A stretch of 41,907 nucleotides of DNA from Candidatus Omnitrophica bacterium CG22_combo_CG10-13_8_21_14_all_43_16 (GTDB lineage: Bacteria > Omnitrophota > Gorgyraeia > Gorgyraeales > Gorgyraeaceae), in NCBI GenBank assembly GCA_002771475.1, contig PCTH01000028.1, forward strand, positions 1 to 41,907, written 5' to 3'. The translations under genes and the position numbers were made by a program. Below, piece by piece: positions 38,105-41,907 of the stretch. Under the pieces are notes generated by a model. It did not search any database. It saw nothing but the letters and a program-made list of their open reading frames with translations, and was not told the DNA's origin. The first letter of the stretch is position 1, and every line of letters starts with the position of its first letter.

Positions 38105-38608
38105 TTATTTATTATTCTTCTTCTCCGATTCCCTTATCTTATCGCGCAGCTTTGCAGCTTCTTCAAAATCCTCTTTCTGTATGGCTTTCTGAAGCTTTTC
38201 TTTCAGCGTATCCAGATCATTCTTCGCCTTTACCACCTTGGCTGCCCTTTTGGGAGATTTGCCGTAATGCTGCGTTGAACCGTGTATCCTTTTTAAAAGA
38301 GGGACCAGGGCTTCTTTGAATGTATTATAGCATTCGCCGCAGCCAAGCCTTCCGACCTTCTTAAAATCTTCATATGTAAGCCCGCACTTCGGGCATTTAA
38401 GTTTCACTGCCTCTGTCTTGGTCTTGGAAAACTGCGTACCCAAGTCAGCCAGGCCTGCCAGAAGGTCGGACAATCCGAAATGGCTCTCCATCTGCGCGCC
38501 TTTTTTCTGCGCGCATTCTTCGCACAGATGCAGCTCTGTTATCTGGTCGTCTATTATCTCTGTCAGATGAACAGTTGCCTGATTTTTAGCGCATATATTG
38601 CATACCAT
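38105..38608 (-). CDS. mcsA: McsB activator McsA (zinc finger + UVR domain)
   Basis: Four CxxC motifs, GRLGC, HYGKSP, EDFEEAAKLRDKI. Confidence 0.94.
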   Translation of the reverse strand: MVCNICAKNQATVHLTEIIDDQITELHLCEECAQKKGAQMESHFGLSDLLAGLADLGTQFSKTKTEAVKLKCPKCGLTYEDFKKVGRLGCGECYNTFKEALVPLLKRIHGSTQHYGKSPKRAAKVVKAKNDLDTLKEKLQKAIQKEDFEEAAKLRDKIRESEKKNNK

Positions 38609-38620
38609 ATGTCCCTCCGA

Positions 38621-39493
38621 TTAATATTTTACGCCGTCTGTCTTTGTAAGTTTCCTGAATTCTTTCATCAGGTTCAACGTAGCCTTGCCCGGCTTTCCGG
38701 TTCCTATTATCCTCTTATCAACGCGGATAACAGGTATAATCTCAGCCGCTGTGCCTGTAAGAAAACACTCGTCTGCCGTATAGATATTATGCCTTGTAAT
38801 AACTTCTTCCTTCACTGTTATGCCCTGCTTGCCGGCAATACCCATAACGCTTGCCCTGGTAATGCCTTTAAGGATGCCGAGATAAGCCGGGGGCGTGATA
38901 AGGGAATTATCTTTTATAATAAAAATATTATCTCCTGTGCATTCCGCCACATACCCCTGGGCAGTAAACATCAACGCCTCTTCGCATCCTGAATTTATCG
39001 CCTCTATCTTTGCGAGGATATTGTTCAGGTAATTCAAAGATTTTATCTGAGGGTTCAACGCCTCCGGAATATTCCTTGGCGTAGGGACCGTAATGATGCT
39101 CAAGCCTTCTTTATACAATGATTCAGGATAAAGCTTGATACTATCCGTTATGATGACAATAGACGCGTTCTTGCACTTTCTCGGGTCAAGCCCGAGATCC
39201 CCTGCGCCTCTTGTCACGATAAGCCTGATATAGGCATTATCCAGATTATTCAGTTTAAGCGCGCCCACTACTGCCTTGGCCATCTCTTCCTTTGTAAGAG
39301 AGATGCTCAGCATGATCCCGTGAGCTGATTCATACAGCCTGTCAATGTGTTCCTTGAGTTTAAACACAAGCCTGTCATATGAGCGGATGCCTTCAAACAC
39401 GCCGTCACCGTACAAAAACCCGTGGTCAAAGACAGAAACCTTTGCCTGGTGTTTCTTAAAATATTCGCCGTTGATATAAATCTTTAATCCCAT
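38621..39493 (-). CDS. ilvE: Branched-chain amino acid aminotransferase (PLP fold IV)
   Basis: DHGFLYGDGVFEGIR, IKSLNY, ECTGDNIF, ILKGITR, FLTGTAAE. Confidence 0.93.
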   Translation of the reverse strand: MGLKIYINGEYFKKHQAKVSVFDHGFLYGDGVFEGIRSYDRLVFKLKEHIDRLYESAHGIMLSISLTKEEMAKAVVGALKLNNLDNAYIRLIVTRGAGDLGLDPRKCKNASIVIITDSIKLYPESLYKEGLSIITVPTPRNIPEALNPQIKSLNYLNNILAKIEAINSGCEEALMFTAQGYVAECTGDNIFIIKDNSLITPPAYLGILKGITRASVMGIAGKQGITVKEEVITRHNIYTADECFLTGTAAEIIPVIRVDKRIIGTGKPGKATLNLMKEFRKLTKTDGVKY

Positions 39494-40164
39494 AAAATCC
39501 TCCCGTCTTTCATTTCTATTATTTTATGCGCCTTTCTGGCAATCTCCTTGTCGTGAGTGACAATCACGATTGCGGTTTTATGTTTTTTATTCAGACTGAA
39601 TAATATATTCAATATCTCCTGTCCCATTTCAGAATCCAGGTTGCCTGTAGGCTCGTCGCACAATAATACTTTCGGATTATTTACGAGCGCCCTTGCTATA
39701 GCAACCCTCTGCTGCTCTCCTCCCGAGAGTTCTCCGGGCCTGTGGTGCATCCTTTTTCCAAGCCCCACGTCTTCCAGCAGTATTTCAGCTTTATTTCTTA
39801 TGCCCTGTTTCCTGTTTCCTGCCTCCTGCCCCTTTATCAGCGCCGGCAATATTACATTTTCCAAAGCTGTAAACTCAGGCAACAAATGATAAAATTGGAA
39901 CACAAACCCTATCTTTTGATTTCTGAATCTAGCCCTTTTAACGTCATCCAGGCTGTAAAAATCAGAATTGTCCAGAAATACCCTGCCTGAACTTGGCCTG
40001 TCTATACCTCCCAATATATGTAAAAGCGTTGACTTGCCGGCCCCTGAAGGGCCTACAATAGCTATTATCTCGTCTTTTCTTAATTCTAAGCTGACTCCCT
40101 TTAAGACATGCAGCTCTCTTTTTCCGTCTTTATATGTCTTATGAATATTGTCCGCTCGTAGCAT
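39484..40164 (-). CDS. lolD: Lipoprotein-releasing ABC transporter ATPase LolD
   Basis: GPSGAGKS, GFVFQFYHLLPEF, LSGGEQQRVAIARAL, DEPTGNLD; follows lolC/E. Confidence 0.9.
   Translation of the reverse strand: MLRADNIHKTYKDGKRELHVLKGVSLELRKDEIIAIVGPSGAGKSTLLHILGGIDRPSSGRVFLDNSDFYSLDDVKRARFRNQKIGFVFQFYHLLPEFTALENVILPALIKGQEAGNRKQGIRNKAEILLEDVGLGKRMHHRPGELSGGEQQRVAIARALVNNPKVLLCDEPTGNLDSEMGQEILNILFSLNKKHKTAIVIVTHDKEIARKAHKIIEMKDGRILWD
39790..39831. repeat. Degenerate 7-bp tandem repeat within lolD
   Basis: TTTATTT CTTATGC CCTGTTT CCTGTTT CCTGCCT CCTGCCC. Confidence 0.65.
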
Positions 40165-40166
40165 GT

Positions 40167-41348
40167 CTACTCGTATCTAAGCGCTTCTACCGGCTCCATT
40201 TTCGCTGCCTGCCAGGACGGATAAAGCGTTGATAATAAACTTATGATCATTGCCGCAGCTATAACTGTTATTGCATCCCCCATCTCCAGATTAACGGGAA
40301 GCCTGTCTATATAATAAATATCCTTTGGCAGTTTTATAAATTGATACGTCTTTAATAAATACGAGATGCCGAAACCTCCTATGGCTCCCAGAACAGTCCC
40401 TGCAAAGCCTATCAAAAAACCGTCCAGCATAAATATCTTTCTTATGCTTTTATTGTCAGCGCCTATTGATTTTAGTATGCCTATATCTTTTGTCTTTTCC
40501 ATCACCATCATTATGAGGGTACTGGCTATGTTGAAACACGCCACCACCACTATAAGAGCGAGTATTATAAACATGGTTATCTTTTCAAGCTTCAGCGCGC
40601 TGAAAAGATTTTTGTTCAATTCAGACCAGCTTCTGACCCAGTAATCAAAACCTATTTTTTCCTGGACATCTTTTTTTATATTGTCCGCCTTGTTTACGTC
40701 ATCCACCCTCACGCCTATGCCGCCCGCCATATTGCCTGTATTGTAAAAGTTCTGGGCGCCTTCAAGATTTGTGAACACAAGATTCATGTCATATTCAAAC
40801 ATCCCTGAATTGAATATGCCGGCTATCTTAAAGCTTTTCGGCTTGGGATCTGCCGCAGAAATAAGAGAAATAGCATCTCCTATTTTTAAACCCAGCTTTA
40901 AAGAAAGCTCCTTTCCGATCAGGACAGTATCTTTTTTAACCTCTATCGTGCCGGATTCCAGGTATTTTTGTATATTAGTGACGTCCTTTTCTCTTGCCGG
41001 GTCTATGCCTCTTAATACTACCCCCAAGACCTGTTCATCCTGCCTTATCAGGGCCTGGCCGTTTATAAAAGGCGAACTTGCTTTCACATGGGGTATCTTA
41101 TTTATCTCTGCTACAACAGCGTTATAATCGGTTATCCCGCCTTCTTTTTCAATTATTATATGCGAATTCGTACCTACTATCTTTTCGCGAAGGTCATTAT
41201 CAAAACCGCTCATGACAGCCAATACTACAATAAGCGCTGTCACGCCCAAGGCTACGCCCATTATTGATATAAAACTTATAATGGAAATAAACTTTTCCTT
41301 GCGCCTCGATATTAAATATCTAAAACTGATCCATAATTCGTATGACAT
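40167..41348 (-). CDS. lolC: Lipoprotein-releasing ABC transporter permease (single LolC/E-type)
   Basis: FISIISFISIMGVALGV, AVMSGF, GIFNSGMFEYD, FNIASTL, DIGILKSIG, YPSWQAAK...PVEALRYE. Confidence 0.9.
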   Translation of the reverse strand: MSYELWISFRYLISRRKEKFISIISFISIMGVALGVTALIVVLAVMSGFDNDLREKIVGTNSHIIIEKEGGITDYNAVVAEINKIPHVKASSPFINGQALIRQDEQVLGVVLRGIDPAREKDVTNIQKYLESGTIEVKKDTVLIGKELSLKLGLKIGDAISLISAADPKPKSFKIAGIFNSGMFEYDMNLVFTNLEGAQNFYNTGNMAGGIGVRVDDVNKADNIKKDVQEKIGFDYWVRSWSELNKNLFSALKLEKITMFIILALIVVVACFNIASTLIMMVMEKTKDIGILKSIGADNKSIRKIFMLDGFLIGFAGTVLGAIGGFGISYLLKTYQFIKLPKDIYYIDRLPVNLEMGDAITVIAAAMIISLLSTLYPSWQAAKMEPVEALRYE

Positions 41349-41350
41349 AT

Positions 41351-41907
41351 CTATGCTTCCGGTTTTAACTGCGGGAATAAGATTACATCTCTTATAGACG
41401 GCTGATTTGCAAAAAGCATTACCATCCTGTCAATGCCTATGCCGAGCCCGCCTGCCGGCGGCATCCCGTATTCCAACGCCCTCACAAAATCCTCATCTAT
41501 TTTCTTTACGCCTTCCTGCCCGACCAGTTGCTCCTCAAATCTTTTTTTCTGCTCTATAGGATCATTCAATTCTGAATACGCATTTGCGATTTCCATTCCG
41601 CCCATAAAAAGCTCAAACCTGTCTGTCAAAAGCGGGTTTTCTTTTTTCCTTTTTGCAAGAGGGCACAGTTCGGCAAATAAATCCACCACAAAGATAGGTC
41701 TGTCCCCCGTCTCAGGCTCTAGCATCTCTGTTATGATGTTGGCTATCTGAGAACGCGTAATATCCTTTGCTTTAAAATCTATACTCTTGGCTTTAAGCTT
41801 TTTTACCCACACATCGGAAGAATCGTCCGGATTTATATCAAACTTCTTTTTTATCTCTTCGGCGAATGACCATCTCGGCCACGGAGGAGTCAGGTCAATA
41901 AGTTCTT
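41351..41907 (-). CDS. lysS: Lysine--tRNA ligase class II (5'-truncated by window edge)
   Basis: Frame open to the window end (ELIDLTPPWPR...); PLAK, DRFELF, EIANAYSELNDP, ALEYGMPPAGGLGIGIDR, IRDVILFP. Confidence 0.96.
   Translation of the reverse strand, partial: ELIDLTPPWPRWSFAEEIKKKFDINPDDSSDVWVKKLKAKSIDFKAKDITRSQIANIITEMLEPETGDRPIFVVDLFAELCPLAKRKKENPLLTDRFELFMGGMEIANAYSELNDPIEQKKRFEEQLVGQEGVKKIDEDFVRALEYGMPPAGGLGIGIDRMVMLFANQPSIRDVILFPQLKPEA

Noticed and set aside
455-41750. Numerous + strand ORFs in the track (e.g. 2392-2904, 10144-10749, 35232-35882, 36021-36563)
   Set aside because: Antisense shadows of well-conserved - strand genes, with Ser/Pro/Ile-rich non-protein-like composition
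1-41907. CRISPR array, tRNA/rRNA, transposase, prophage or defence system
   Set aside because: No regularly spaced repeats, cloverleafs or mobile-element ORFs seen; the RuvC is the canonical resolvase in ruvCAB, and the CPBP, TatD and PIN proteins are in housekeeping contexts

Overview
A densely packed core-genome block from a diderm bacterium. It carries LolCDE-type, MlaFED and outer-membrane barrel genes; gene style and Firmicute-like synteny suggest Omnitrophota/PVC-like origin, which is inference only. About 43 housekeeping CDSs lie on the - strand and only one on the + strand. In transcription order: lysS'-lolC/E-lolD-ilvE-mcsA-mcsB-clpC-hyp-mlaE-ruvCAB-mlaF-mlaD-PIN/TRAM-ispD-ispF-cysS-tmk-holB-ricT-metG-nifS-tatD-CPBP-DUF362-mtnA-thiL-tsaE-tsaB-alr-greA-PPIase-ilvD-ilvB-ilvN-ilvC-leuA-aroE-pilD-aroC-[+ strand barrel]-aroK-dprA'. 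I see no transposase, integrase, CRISPR array, tRNA or rRNA. The most unusual signal is non-coding. Two homologous, nested palindromic elements (18040-18281 and 25193-25374) and a minimal one (31607-31639) share a TGAG...CGAA (tandem G.A) internal-loop signature. A second palindrome family occurs once intergenically (3834-3873) and once translated in frame inside mtnA (16531-16574). Also notable: ruvCAB splits the mla operon at the position radA-disA occupies in Firmicutes, the 3' third of cysS is AT-rich, and lolD contains a heptamer repeat.
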